Assembly (NCBI GenBank): GCA_965206595.1 | Contig: OZ242214.1 | Location: forward strand, 3,392,001 to 3,456,000 | Direction: 5' to 3' | Source of the DNA: Candidatus Latescibacterota bacterium | GTDB taxonomy: Bacteria > Latescibacterota > UBA2968 > UBA8231 | DNA: 64,000 nt | Shown: positions 21,901 to 30,719 of the stretch, piece after piece | How positions within the stretch are numbered: the stretch's first letter is position 1 | Layout: the number at the start of each line of letters is the position of its first letter | Made by a program: the position numbers and the translations under genes | The notes under the pieces: generated by a model | What the model was told of the DNA's origin: nothing | Seen by the model: the letters and a program-made list of their open reading frames with translations, nothing else | Databases searched by the model: none

Positions 21901-22298
21901 TCGCTTACAACGACGCGACCCGGACGCTTCGCGTCGGCGAAGGCGAGTTCGCACCCGTCGCACCCGAGGTTTACGAATTCGAGGTCTCCGGCCTCAAGAT
22001 CCTGCAGTCCTGGCTCAAGTACCGCATGAAGAAAGGGGCCGGCAAGAAATCCTCGCCCCTTGACGACATCCGTCCCGAACGCTGGACTAGCCAGTTCACC
22101 ACTGAACTACTGGATTTGCTCCGGGTGCTGGAGGCGACGTTGAAGTGCTACCCCGAACAGTCGCGGCTGCTCAAAGCCGTCGTCGCGAGCGACTGCTTCC
22201 GAGCCGACGAACTACCGCGGGTTCCGGAGGTAATGCGCAAGCCGCCCAAGACACAGACCATCAATAGCGGCTTGTTTGACACGGAGTACGGCCTTTAA
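18906..22298 (+). CDS. single-chain restriction-modification enzyme (type IIG/ISP-like without helicase): nuclease, N6-adenine MTase, target recognition domain
   Basis: RPDY...YVELK nuclease motif, GAYYTP, DPAVGTG (motif I), GNPPY (motif IV), long C-terminal specificity region. Confidence 0.88.
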   Translation: MNQSTSVYNALQNFAAAVTAKMTQVTLGEPEDQVRGPFEIFMAATARAFGWEVVCTGETSLPDRLGRPDYAVHRNQLLAGYVELKAPGTGATATRFRGRNRDQFKRFSATPNILYTDGNEWALYRNGDLIDKVVRLGGDVAADGRKAAAFQDARAVERLLRDFLSWEPIIPRDRNGKIDLRGFAALLAPLCRMLRDDVTDALKDPASPLVQLAEDWRQLLFPDASDEQFADAYAQTVTFALLLGRSEGADPLTLDSAETALAVQHNLLSRALQVLTDPGARADIAASLDLLLRVIDVVTPATLTGPEDPWLYFYEDFLAVYDPRLRKDAGAYYTPVEVVRAQVRLIDDLLVRRLGKPLGFADPGVVTLDPAVGTGTYLLGVIEHALGRVKEEQGAGAVAGQATALAQNLYGFELLVGPYAVSELRVSRALRDDGAALPADGTHIYLTDTLESPDAEPPQMPFILRPIAEQHRKALAIKSAVPVIVCLGNPPYDRHDAVDTENEANLSQYGGWVRFGDPLPDNVVKDRRGRDRELRTAEARLERRQQLAILKDFLDPATAAGHGVHVKNLYNLYVYFWRWALWKVFEHETASGPGIVSFISASSYLDGDAFSGMREHIRRQCDEIWILDLGGEGRGTRQDDNVFAIQTPVAISVAFRAKEAETDKPAKVHHARIEGTRAEKLAVLDAVEGFANTKVKWQDCPDAWQAPFRPAGKGHYFDWPLLTDLMPWQHSGVQLKRTWPIAPDAEVLEHRWRSLLNAEDRSKAFRETGDRTVDGTYRVALTERSDSTPITELPDSTSIPEVQQYAYRSLDRHYIIVDGRLMSRPRPDLWRAHGERQVYLTSLLNHPLGDGPAATACSHLPDLHHFRGSYGAKEVFPLYRTADASQANIIPGLLEILATEYERNVTPEDFLGYIYGVIAQPPFTTRFKTELGTRELRVPITKDVELFEQILEAGSLLLWLHTYGERFIPTGQTRGRVPLGAAKCVKAVPGDADDYPEAFAYNDATRTLRVGEGEFAPVAPEVYEFEVSGLKILQSWLKYRMKKGAGKKSSPLDDIRPERWTSQFTTELLDLLRVLEATLKCYPEQSRLLKAVVASDCFRADELPRVPEVMRKPPKTQTINSGLFDTEYGL

Positions 22299-22844
22299 GG
22301 GAATATGAACAATTCGATCGAGCAAGCCGTGGAGACCATTCTGAAGACTGCAAGAGCTTAGGACCAGTTTCAGATACGCACGAGAGAGCTTCACCACATC
22401 ACAAAGGCCCAGGTGGCGAAGGCCTTGGAGCGCGATTTGTCCAACGTCGAAGCTGAAGCGCGACTTTGGCTCAACACCGTTGATTTGGGGGAGGCTGCCG
22501 GACAACTCGACCCACCGTATCGTTTCTTCCTAAGGTCAAATGCGGTGGAAGGTGTTCACATTCGACGCTGGGGAGACGGATTGTATGACTCCGCGCTTGG
22601 GGAAATCAGCGCATGCATTGACGCCATACGCGAACGAGAAGGGCTCAATGAGGACGAGGATTGGCGCATTGGACAAGGACCGGAGGATAGGGAGGAGTTA
22701 AGTAAACGATACTCGCAGGTTCTCGACGCAAAATTCGAAGAGACACTGCGGGAATACGGCCTCGTTGACATGGCCGATCTATGCAGCCAAGACCGTAAAG
22801 CGTACGACGAACTTAGAGAGGAAGGCCGTCGCCTCGTCTTTGAG

Positions 22845-24705
22845 CCTTTGTTATTCATTCAACCCGCGCATAAGCGGACATAGGCGCTTCCGAGACCCCT
22901 TTGCTTAGCCTCAGAGGCTTGCGTCCCTTCTATAGTCGGCTTTTTGGGTAGAGCCGTCTCCTTATCTCTACCGACCTTGTTGAAATTGTACGCGCCTTCT
23001 CGAAGACGCTTGCCTTTGCGAGCCCATCATCCCGACCGACCCGGCCTGCGCTTACGCCATCGCCGCGTCCACCGGTTTGAGCGTGGCCAGAAATCTCCAC
23101 AGACGATCCCAGGCAGCCGCCGTCCCTTGGGTCAGGATGACGCCCACCCTGCGCCCATGCAAGGTGACGCGGGACGGCAGGCGCAGGTAGCGCCGTCGAA
23201 AACTGTCCAGGCTCAGGGCCGTCGTCGAGCGTCCGTATGTGCGGGGCCGCCCGCGTCGGGCCTCGGCGCGTTCGGCGGCCTGGCGGCCCAGGTGAAGCAG
23301 GTTGTAGGCCAGCAGGTTCAAGGTCAGAAGCGCCTGGTTGGCAGCGAAGGCATCCCGGGACGGGGTGCGCTGACGCGGCTCTCGACCCCGGTAGTGTTGC
23401 TTGCGACGGGTGGTAGAGGAGAGCTGAGGCTGGAGGGTGGAGCTCAACTCGCCGAGCATGCGCTCGAAAAGGCCGCGCTGACGATAAAAGGCGACCAGGT
23501 CGCGGCCGCTCATCGTCTGGGGACTCTGGTCGGTGATCAGGAAGAAGTGGCGGGCGATGGGCAGCTCTTCCGTCTCGGAAGGGACCAGGACCAACACCAC
23601 CCGCCGGGGCTGCGCCCAGGACCTGGCTTGATAGCGCAGCTCGCGACAGCGAAAACCCTCTTCCCGCAGCTCTTCCGGGTGCTGCGCCAGCTCCTGCTGA
23701 TAGCCTTCCACCCAGGCACGAGCCAGCTCCTCCAGGCGCGCATTCTTCTTGATGCGCGCCACGTACGAGGTGTCGGCCCGCGCTTCCAGCTCACTCAGGA
23801 AAGACCCGCTCACCGAGGCCGCGTCGAAGCGCAGGATGAGGCGCCGGGCCAGATGCGACTGAATCCAGTCCAAGCGCTTGCCGAGAGCCTCTGAGGCGCC
23901 CTCATGGGCGTGCACGTTGCCCGGCCGCAGCACGGCACCGAAGAAATCGCCCGTCTGCGCCGAGCCGAGGAGCAGGGGATGGTACCCCGAGGCGTGGAAG
24001 TAGCCGTTGTATTCGACCCCCGCCTGGTGCCCGTGCGCCGGCATCGGCAGGGCATCCATGTCGACGGCCAACTCCTCGTATTTCATCCGTCCTTCCAGCA
24101 GCCGGCAACGAGACCGGGCGCTGCGCAGGACGGCTTCCTCCAACACCTCGCGGTTATAGGCAGTCGAGGCTTGCTCGAGCAGGCGCGACAGCGTCGGCTG
24201 ACTGGCCAGTCCCTGCGGCCGGTCTTCGTCGCCGCTGCGCAACGGCGCCTGCCCTTTGCGATCGCTGACCGCCAGACGCAGGATCGGATCTTGGCGCAAC
24301 GCGTCGGCGTCGGCGGCGTGGGTCCAGCCCTGTGCCAGCAGCACGATCTGTGTGCGCAGCAGCTCCGGCAGCGGGTGCGTGATCTGGTCTTGGGTACGGA
24401 GATCCTCGAAGTGGGCGTCGACCCAATCCAGAACCCGGCTGTGTTCGAGCAGTTGACGCAACATCAGCGCACCGGTGTCGCTGCCAAGGTGGGTGGGGCG
24501 GGCTTCGATGTGGATGGAGCGGTTGAAAGACGGCTGAATCGGCCCGGCTTGCTCGGACTCGGTGTGTGACGGTAATTCACCCATTGGGTGTCCTACTGTG
24601 TGATGGGTTCAAAGGGCGATACTGCCTTGTGTTTCCCTCTGAAATCTAAGCATGGGAGGCACCCAGTACAGCCCTCTCCACTAAAATTCCATGAATAACA
24701 AGGGC
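22845..24705 (-). mobile_element. IS1380-family element, ~1861 bp
   Basis: IRs CCTTTGTTATTCAT (22845-22858) and ATGAATAACAAGGG (24691-24704); TGAG duplicated at 22841-22844 and 24706-24709. Confidence 0.88.
23052..24584 (-). CDS. IS1380-family transposase
   Basis: SDTGALML, LASQPTLSR, DMD, HGHQ..YNGYF...YHPL, LRPGN, FYRQRG..E, FAANQA. One catalytic region reads RFDAAS. Confidence 0.9.
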   Translation of the reverse strand: MGELPSHTESEQAGPIQPSFNRSIHIEARPTHLGSDTGALMLRQLLEHSRVLDWVDAHFEDLRTQDQITHPLPELLRTQIVLLAQGWTHAADADALRQDPILRLAVSDRKGQAPLRSGDEDRPQGLASQPTLSRLLEQASTAYNREVLEEAVLRSARSRCRLLEGRMKYEELAVDMDALPMPAHGHQAGVEYNGYFHASGYHPLLLGSAQTGDFFGAVLRPGNVHAHEGASEALGKRLDWIQSHLARRLILRFDAASVSGSFLSELEARADTSYVARIKKNARLEELARAWVEGYQQELAQHPEELREEGFRCRELRYQARSWAQPRRVVLVLVPSETEELPIARHFFLITDQSPQTMSGRDLVAFYRQRGLFERMLGELSSTLQPQLSSTTRRKQHYRGREPRQRTPSRDAFAANQALLTLNLLAYNLLHLGRQAAERAEARRGRPRTYGRSTTALSLDSFRRRYLRLPSRVTLHGRRVGVILTQGTAAAWDRLWRFLATLKPVDAAMA

Positions 24706-25182
24706 TGAGTATACCTCCGAGTTGGAACAAGTGAGGGCTGTCCAGAAACAATTCGAAGATGAGGCCGAAATCTGTGCCGAAAGTGGGGCCTATCATGCGG
24801 CAACCGTAATGATTGGCTCCGCCATTGAGTCCGCCTTTCTGTTCACCTGCTTGAAACACCGAGACGAAGCTTTGAACGCACGGGACTGCTTACCAAAACG
24901 CAAACGACCGAGAAGTGAAGATCCGAAAAGTTGGGGGTTTTCGGATTTCGTGCTAGTGGTAGACAAGGCGGGATGGTTATCAGACTTTCATTTCGAGGAC
25001 GGAACTCTGATCACTCGCGGGTTAGGGGACATGGCACGCAACCTGCGGAACTTGGTGCATCCTTCCCGACACCTAACCAAACAGAACCTCGATATAGCGC
25101 TTATGTATGGTAACGCACGAGCCGCCTACATTCTGCTCAAGCAGCGTTTGCCGGGACACTCTACGGAAGACGAGTAGTCTTC

Positions 25183-26445
25183 TTATTTTTTTGCCGCTCT
25201 ATTCCCGATAATTTTCCGCTTCGAGGCGGCCTTCTTTTTCTTCGGCGTCGCTTTCCTGGAGGCCGCTTTCTTTCCGGCGGCTTTTTTCGACGCAGCCTTC
25301 GTTACAGCGACCTTTCTCTTCAACGCCGCTTTCTTTACGGACGCTTTCTTCTTCGACGTCGTTTTCTTTGCAGCGACCTTCTTCTTTAGTGCTGCTTTCT
25401 TTCCGGCGGTTTTCTTCTTCAATGGGGCCTTCTTCAATGCCGCTTTTTTCCCGACAGTCTTCTTCTTCGACGCCGGCTTCTTTATGGAGGCCTTCCTCTT
25501 CAATGGGGCCTTCGTCAGCGCGGCTTTCTTTTTCGACCCCGCTTTCTTTCCGGCAACCTTCTTCTTCGCTGCGGCTTTCTTTCCAGCGGCTTTCTTCTTC
25601 AATACCGCCTTTTTCCCGGCCACCTTCTTTTTTGACGCCGTTTTCTTCCCGCCTGCCTTTTTCTTCGATGCCTTTCTTCCCGCAGCCTTCCTCTTCTCCA
25701 CCTCTTCTGCTGCCGGGGCGGGGTCTTCCGCGGCGGTGTCGATATCGATCCCGAAGACCGACGACAGATCGTCCGAGGCCAGCACCCGGCCCCTGGGCGC
25801 GCCAGCCCCGGGCTGCTGCTGGACTGCGGCTTCCACCATCTCCAAGGGATCGACCCCTCTCAGGGTGAACAGCTTCTCGGGCTCGTGATCGAGGCGCGCG
25901 CCGACCCCGTAGAGGGCGGCCGCCACGTGCTTGCACATCACTGCCCAGTCCGGGCAGGAGCAGCTCAGGGCAATCTCCCCGGGCGACGGGAACAGCCCCT
26001 CTCCCGGGCGGGTAACGACCTCCATCACCCCCTTGGAGAGGGAGCCGCGCAACAGCTCCACCAGGGAGTCGATCTCCCCCGCGCTGCGCCCCTTCACCTC
26101 GGTCCATCGCCCCTGGGGCAGAGGCTGGATCCGGATGTCGACGCGGTACAGATCCGTGCCCATGACGAGCGCCTGCACGCGCCCGGTTTCGACGCTCAGG
26201 TGGATGACGGACCCGTTGCGCACGTATGTGCGGCCGCGGGGCAGGCGATTGGCGAAATCGCTGTACGCCTCGAGGTTGTCGCACCACGCCTGGCCCCAGA
26301 AGGTGGCGGCGATCCTGCGCCCCTCGATCTCCACCGGCTCGACCTCCTGTCCGACCTTCATGACCGCGGCGATCGTCTTCGCAGTCTTGCGGCGGCGCTT
26401 GGCCACCGGCACGTGGGGCCGCCATCCATGGCGGTACCTGCTCAT
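25183..26445 (-). CDS. SWIM zinc-finger protein with Lys/Ala-rich histone-H1-like tail
   Basis: NRLPRGRTYVR, CSCPDWAVMCKHVAA; last ~170 aa are KKKAAGKKA-type repeats. Confidence 0.88.
   Translation of the reverse strand: MSRYRHGWRPHVPVAKRRRKTAKTIAAVMKVGQEVEPVEIEGRRIAATFWGQAWCDNLEAYSDFANRLPRGRTYVRNGSVIHLSVETGRVQALVMGTDLYRVDIRIQPLPQGRWTEVKGRSAGEIDSLVELLRGSLSKGVMEVVTRPGEGLFPSPGEIALSCSCPDWAVMCKHVAAALYGVGARLDHEPEKLFTLRGVDPLEMVEAAVQQQPGAGAPRGRVLASDDLSSVFGIDIDTAAEDPAPAAEEVEKRKAAGRKASKKKAGGKKTASKKKVAGKKAVLKKKAAGKKAAAKKKVAGKKAGSKKKAALTKAPLKRKASIKKPASKKKTVGKKAALKKAPLKKKTAGKKAALKKKVAAKKTTSKKKASVKKAALKRKVAVTKAASKKAAGKKAASRKATPKKKKAASKRKIIGNRAAKK
25186..25696 (-). repeat. low-complexity Lys/Ala repeat tail
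   Basis: Degenerate ~11-aa units such as KKKVAGKKAVL, KKKAAGKKAAA, KKKTAGKKAAL. Confidence 0.85.
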
Positions 26446-26706
26446 CGATTCCTCCTCCAGGTTTCAGTCTTCACGGCACGCCCCGGCGTTTTCCGGAACG
26501 TGCAAGCGGGGTCCGCCCTTCGCAGCCGCGGAAATCCCCGTTACAGCGGATTACCCGCACCGGTCCGCCAGCGGCCTCCTTCGCAGGGAGGATCCCCCCC
26601 CCTGTCCACGGCGGGGCCCTTGCCCCACTGCTTCACGGCAGATGCGAAAACCCACACGAGCTGCGGTGCACCCGGTAAGCCGCTGCACGCCGTCCCTGCT
26701 GCAGGC

Positions 26707-29448
26707 TCACGAGCCCGTTCCCTGCGCGGCGCTGTCGAGGTCGAGCGACACCATCGCGAGCAGCTCCTCGTCGCTCATCTCGGTCAGGGAGGACTCCGCT
26801 CCCTGCGACAGGATCTCGTCGGAGAGCCCCTGCTTGGCGGCGATCAGCTGGTCGATGCGCTCCTCCACCGTGCCGCGGCAGACGAACTTGTGGACGAGGA
26901 CGTTCTTCTTCTGGCCGATGCGGAAGGCACGGTCGGTGGCCTGGTTCTCCACGGCCGGGTTCCACCAGCGGTCGAAGTGGATGACGTGCGAGGCGGCGGT
27001 GAGATTGAGCCCGGTGCCGCCGGCCTTGAGCGAAAGCACCATGAACGGCACCCGGTCGTCCTCCTGGAAGCTCTTGACCAGCTGCTGGCGCCTGCGCACC
27101 GGGGTGCCGCCGTGCAGCACCAGGCCGTCCCGCCCGAAGACCTCGGCGAGGAAGCCGGCAAGCGGCGCCGTCATCTCGCGGAACTGGGTGAACACCAGCA
27201 GCTTGTCCTGGCGCGCCGCGATCGATTCGCACAGCTCCTCGAGGCGTTCGAACTTGCCGCTGCCGTCCGGCTCGAAGCTGCCGTCGCCGAGCCAGTGGGA
27301 CGGGTGGTTGCAGATCTGCTTGAAGCGTATCAGGAAGGCGAGGACCATGCCGCGGCGTTCGATGCCGTCCAGCACCTCGATCGCTTCCTCCATCTCGTCG
27401 ACCGCCTGCTGGTAGAGGGCGGCCTGTTGCCGGCTTAAAAGGCACCAGGCGTTGACCTCGGTCTTGTCGGGGAGGTCGGCGATGACGCTCCTGTCGGTCT
27501 TGAGCCGGCGCAGGATGTAGGGCCGCATGAGCTTTCGCAGCGGCGCGTACCCCCCACCCTGGCCCGAAGCCATCGACTTGCACAGCCGCCCGAACGCCTT
27601 CGCCGAGCCGAGGAGCCCGGGATTGAGGAAATCGAAGATCGACCACAGGTCGCCGAGCCGGTTCTCGACCGGGGTCCCGGTCAGGGCCAGTCGCCACCTG
27701 GAGGGCAGGGCCTTGACCGCCCGGGTCTGCTGGGCGGCCGGGTTCTTGATGGCCTGGGCCTCGTCCAGCACCACTGTGCGCCACGGATGCCTCTTCATCC
27801 AGTCCAACCGCAGGACGGTGCCGTAGGTGGATATCACCGCGTCGTGCGCCGCCACCTTGCGGCGCGAGAGCTTCTTCAGCTCCGCCGAGGGGAGGTGCGA
27901 CGGATGGGCGACCAGCACCTTCAGAAAGGGGGCGAAACGTTCGATCTCCTGGCGCCAGTTGTCGATGAGCGAAGCCGGGACCACCAGCAGGTCGGTCCCC
28001 TTGTCTCCCTGTTTCCGGCCGAGGGAGAGCACCGCCAGCACCTGAATGGTCTTGCCCAGGCCCATGTCGTCGGCCAGGCAGCCTCCGAGCTCCAGTCCGC
28101 GCAGGGTCCACAGCCACTGCACCCCAAGCTTCTGATAGGGACGCAGTTCGGCCTTCAAACCGGCCCCCGCGTCGATCTCGGCCCGCAGGCTCGAGGCGCG
28201 CAGGGCCTCGAGCTTTCCCGTGAGCCACTTGCCGGCGACGACCTGAGACCATTCCGGCAGCTCGCCACCCTCCCCGTCATCGTGGCCATCGAGCGTTACG
28301 CCGGCCAGCATGCGCATCGCCTCGCCGAAGCCGACGCCTTCGGCGCGGGCCTCGGTTTGCACCTCCCGCCACTGCGCGAGCACGGCCTCGAGCTTCTCCC
28401 GGTCCACCTCGACCCACTTCCCCCTGATCAGCGCCAGACCCTCGGTGGAGGCCAGCAGGGCCTCTATCTCCTTCCGCGACAGGTTCTCGCCGTCGAGGCT
28501 CAGGGCGACGTCGAAGTCGAGCAGTCCCTCCATGCCGAGCACCGAGGGCGGCTTGCCGCCCACGGTCACCGAGACCTTGGGGCGGGGCCGGCTGGCGGCG
28601 CTCCACCAGTCCGGGGTGCGCACGACGAGCCCGGCCTGCTCGTAGAGGGCCGTCTCGGTCAGGAAGCGGTGCGCCTGCGCCGAGGTCCAGGGCAGGGGGT
28701 GGTAGACATCGCCGGAGTCGACGAGGTCGCGGAGGAAGTCGCTCTCCTGCGCGGCGCGGGACAGGGGGGCGAGCAGGGCGAGCAGCTTCTGCCGGTTCCT
28801 CTCCCCGGCGTACTCCTCGAGGGCGCGTCCCAGCGGCAGGTGCGAGGGCGCCGCCCGCCGGGAGACCTTGTGGACGTAGGTGGCGATGAAGGCGAAGGGG
28901 TACTCCGGATCGCGCCTGTTCTCGGCCAGGTGCAGGCAGACCCTGCCGACGACGTTCCAGACCGGACTCTGCGCCTTCAGGTAGCCCTGGACGCCCCCCT
29001 TGGACTTCGCCGCAAGGACTGCCAGGGCCTTCCCGGTGTCGGACCAAACCGCGCCCAGCAGCGCGGGCGTGATCAGCTCGGCGCCCGGCATCGGAGGGGC
29101 CGCCTGGACGCAGGCGGCGATCTCTTCGGGATCCGGGTCGGGAACGACCAGGGAATCGGGGTCGGACGGGTCGAGCACACCGCACACCCGGGCAACGAAG
29201 GAGCGGCCGAAGTCGCGCCAGTACGCCAGCGAAGGGTGGAGATCGGCGCCGGGCGCGCCAGCGCCCAGATGGAGCACCCCGTGCCCGCGCCCGGACTCGA
29301 ACGCATTGAGGATGCGCCGAGCATCCGCCGGCGCCATACGCGGGCCCTCCTCCGGGGCAGCGGGCCTCACGTCGATGCGCCCGCCGGGGGTCAACCCGCA
29401 GACGAGGGTGTGCGGCGCACCGGGGACGGCATCGGAGGTACGGGGCAT
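26707..29448 (-). CDS. SNF2-family helicase/ATPase
   Basis: LRPYQ, LADDMGLGKT, LDEAQAIKN, LTGTPVEN, LRRLK, SGKF, GGTGLNL, WWNPAVENQATDRAFRIGQ. Confidence 0.93.
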   Translation of the reverse strand: MPRTSDAVPGAPHTLVCGLTPGGRIDVRPAAPEEGPRMAPADARRILNAFESGRGHGVLHLGAGAPGADLHPSLAYWRDFGRSFVARVCGVLDPSDPDSLVVPDPDPEEIAACVQAAPPMPGAELITPALLGAVWSDTGKALAVLAAKSKGGVQGYLKAQSPVWNVVGRVCLHLAENRRDPEYPFAFIATYVHKVSRRAAPSHLPLGRALEEYAGERNRQKLLALLAPLSRAAQESDFLRDLVDSGDVYHPLPWTSAQAHRFLTETALYEQAGLVVRTPDWWSAASRPRPKVSVTVGGKPPSVLGMEGLLDFDVALSLDGENLSRKEIEALLASTEGLALIRGKWVEVDREKLEAVLAQWREVQTEARAEGVGFGEAMRMLAGVTLDGHDDGEGGELPEWSQVVAGKWLTGKLEALRASSLRAEIDAGAGLKAELRPYQKLGVQWLWTLRGLELGGCLADDMGLGKTIQVLAVLSLGRKQGDKGTDLLVVPASLIDNWRQEIERFAPFLKVLVAHPSHLPSAELKKLSRRKVAAHDAVISTYGTVLRLDWMKRHPWRTVVLDEAQAIKNPAAQQTRAVKALPSRWRLALTGTPVENRLGDLWSIFDFLNPGLLGSAKAFGRLCKSMASGQGGGYAPLRKLMRPYILRRLKTDRSVIADLPDKTEVNAWCLLSRQQAALYQQAVDEMEEAIEVLDGIERRGMVLAFLIRFKQICNHPSHWLGDGSFEPDGSGKFERLEELCESIAARQDKLLVFTQFREMTAPLAGFLAEVFGRDGLVLHGGTPVRRRQQLVKSFQEDDRVPFMVLSLKAGGTGLNLTAASHVIHFDRWWNPAVENQATDRAFRIGQKKNVLVHKFVCRGTVEERIDQLIAAKQGLSDEILSQGAESSLTEMSDEELLAMVSLDLDSAAQGTGS

Positions 29449-29831
29449 CGGGGGTTATCTCGAGGCAGGGAGGGTGAAATGGGGGGCAGGGGGGAAGATG
29501 ACCGATCCTGCGGTTCCCGCAAGCAGGAAGGGGGAACAGGGGTGGGCGTCAGGTCGGAAGGGAACCAGGGGCCGTGCGCGGCTCTGACGAGGAAACGCTG
29601 GCTGGACCGACTCGCCGGCGCTGGCCTTGTTGCGGTGACCGGGTGATGTTGTCGCCCTTTTCTGGAGGGCGAGGGCTGCCGCTATGCAGCCGCACCATCC
29701 GGCTCTAGCGGCTGATGACGGATGGCTTTGGTTTGCCGACCTCTTGTCCTCGTTTTCTTAAGCGCGGCTTTAAATTTGCCAGGGTATTCTTCCCGCCGGA
29801 TCCACAGAATCGGTCGCCAATGCCTTGGGGC

Positions 29832-29903
29832 CGACAACCCGCGGTCGCCTTGATCAGGCCGCGTCAGGTTGGCGAGACCGCACTCGCTTACGAGATCGCG
29901 GGG
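29832..29903 (+). pseudogene. short remnant of an AAA+ ATPase N-terminus
   Basis: PAVALIRPRQVGETALAYEIA resembles a decayed Walker A region 'VALIGPRQVGKTTLA'. Confidence 0.45.
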
Positions 29904-29955
29904 CGGGCGGTTGGTCACCGGAGTCGATATCGGTCTTGTCGCCGGAAAGCGGATA

Positions 29956-30555
29956 GTGAGCCTCGACAAAACGCCGCCCAACAGCCTCGACGACGTGCGC
30001 TCCGCCCTCGGCAGCCGGCGCCTGAAAACCGTGCCGGGCTGCCGTGCCGCGGTGGCCGTCGTCTGCTGCGAGCAGGCCGGCTCGCTGCATCTGCTGTTCA
30101 TCAAAAGAGCGCAGAGAGCGGGAGATCCCTGGTCCGGGCACCTCGCCTTTCCCGGAGGCCGCCTCGATGCCGGCGACCCGGGGCCCCGGGCGGCTGCCGA
30201 ACGGGAGACGCGGGAGGAGGTCGGCCTCGACCTCGGCCCGGAGGAGTACCTCGGGCGCCTCGACGATCTCGCCACGGTGACCACCTCGATGCGGGTCGCC
30301 GCCTTCGTGTACGCAATCGCCGGACCGCGGCCGCTGCGGACCGGCGACGAGGTGGAGGAGGCGTTCTGGTATCCGTTCGCGGAACTGCTCGACCCGGAGC
30401 GGCAGGGGCTGCGGGAGTTCGAGCACCGCGGCGAGCGGGATTCCTGGCCGAGCATCGACCTGCGGCGCCCGGGCAGTCCCTATCTCTGGGGGGTGACCTA
30501 CCGTTTCGTCGCCCATCTGGCGGAGCTGCTCGGGCGCACTCTGCCCGGGGCTTAG
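29956..30555 (+). CDS. Nudix hydrolase, CoA pyrophosphatase-like
   Basis: AAVAV, WSGHLAFPGG, Nudix box AAERETREEVGL, LWGVTYR. Confidence 0.88.
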   Translation: MSLDKTPPNSLDDVRSALGSRRLKTVPGCRAAVAVVCCEQAGSLHLLFIKRAQRAGDPWSGHLAFPGGRLDAGDPGPRAAAERETREEVGLDLGPEEYLGRLDDLATVTTSMRVAAFVYAIAGPRPLRTGDEVEEAFWYPFAELLDPERQGLREFEHRGERDSWPSIDLRRPGSPYLWGVTYRFVAHLAELLGRTLPGA

Positions 30556-30719
30556 TGCATTCGCGAGCAAATCCGCCTTGGATTCGACCCCGCTCCATTT
30601 GAGGGAAATCGCGGTTCATCCAGAACCCGCTTGTGCGACTCATCCCCTCGATCCCGTCTCGACGACGTTGCCTCCCCCGGGGTCCTGCGGAACCAGGGCG
30701 GCCTCTGCCCGTGCCTGAC

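Larger units (their letters stand above)
22305..25177 (+). pseudogene. HEPN-domain protein (335 codons rebuilt), split by IS1380, with an in-frame TAG at 22359-22361
   Basis: Excision gives ...RRLVFE-YTSELEQVRAV... in frame. C-terminus has 'GAYHAATVMIGSAIE' and 'RNLRNLVHP'. Confidence 0.7.

Noticed and set aside
22359-22361. In-frame TAG as pyrrolysine or stop-codon recoding
   Set aside because: TAG ends many intact genes in this window and the gene is already IS-broken; a nonsense mutation is simpler.
25186-25696. Periodic ~33-bp DNA pattern as a CRISPR array
   Set aside because: It is a coding Lys/Ala repeat with no constant repeat and unique spacers, and no cas genes are present.
29545-29572. 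GTCAGGTCGGAAGGGAACCAG resembling the SRP RNA core
   Set aside because: Deviates from CAGGTCCGGAAGGAAGCAG and has no long flanking helix.
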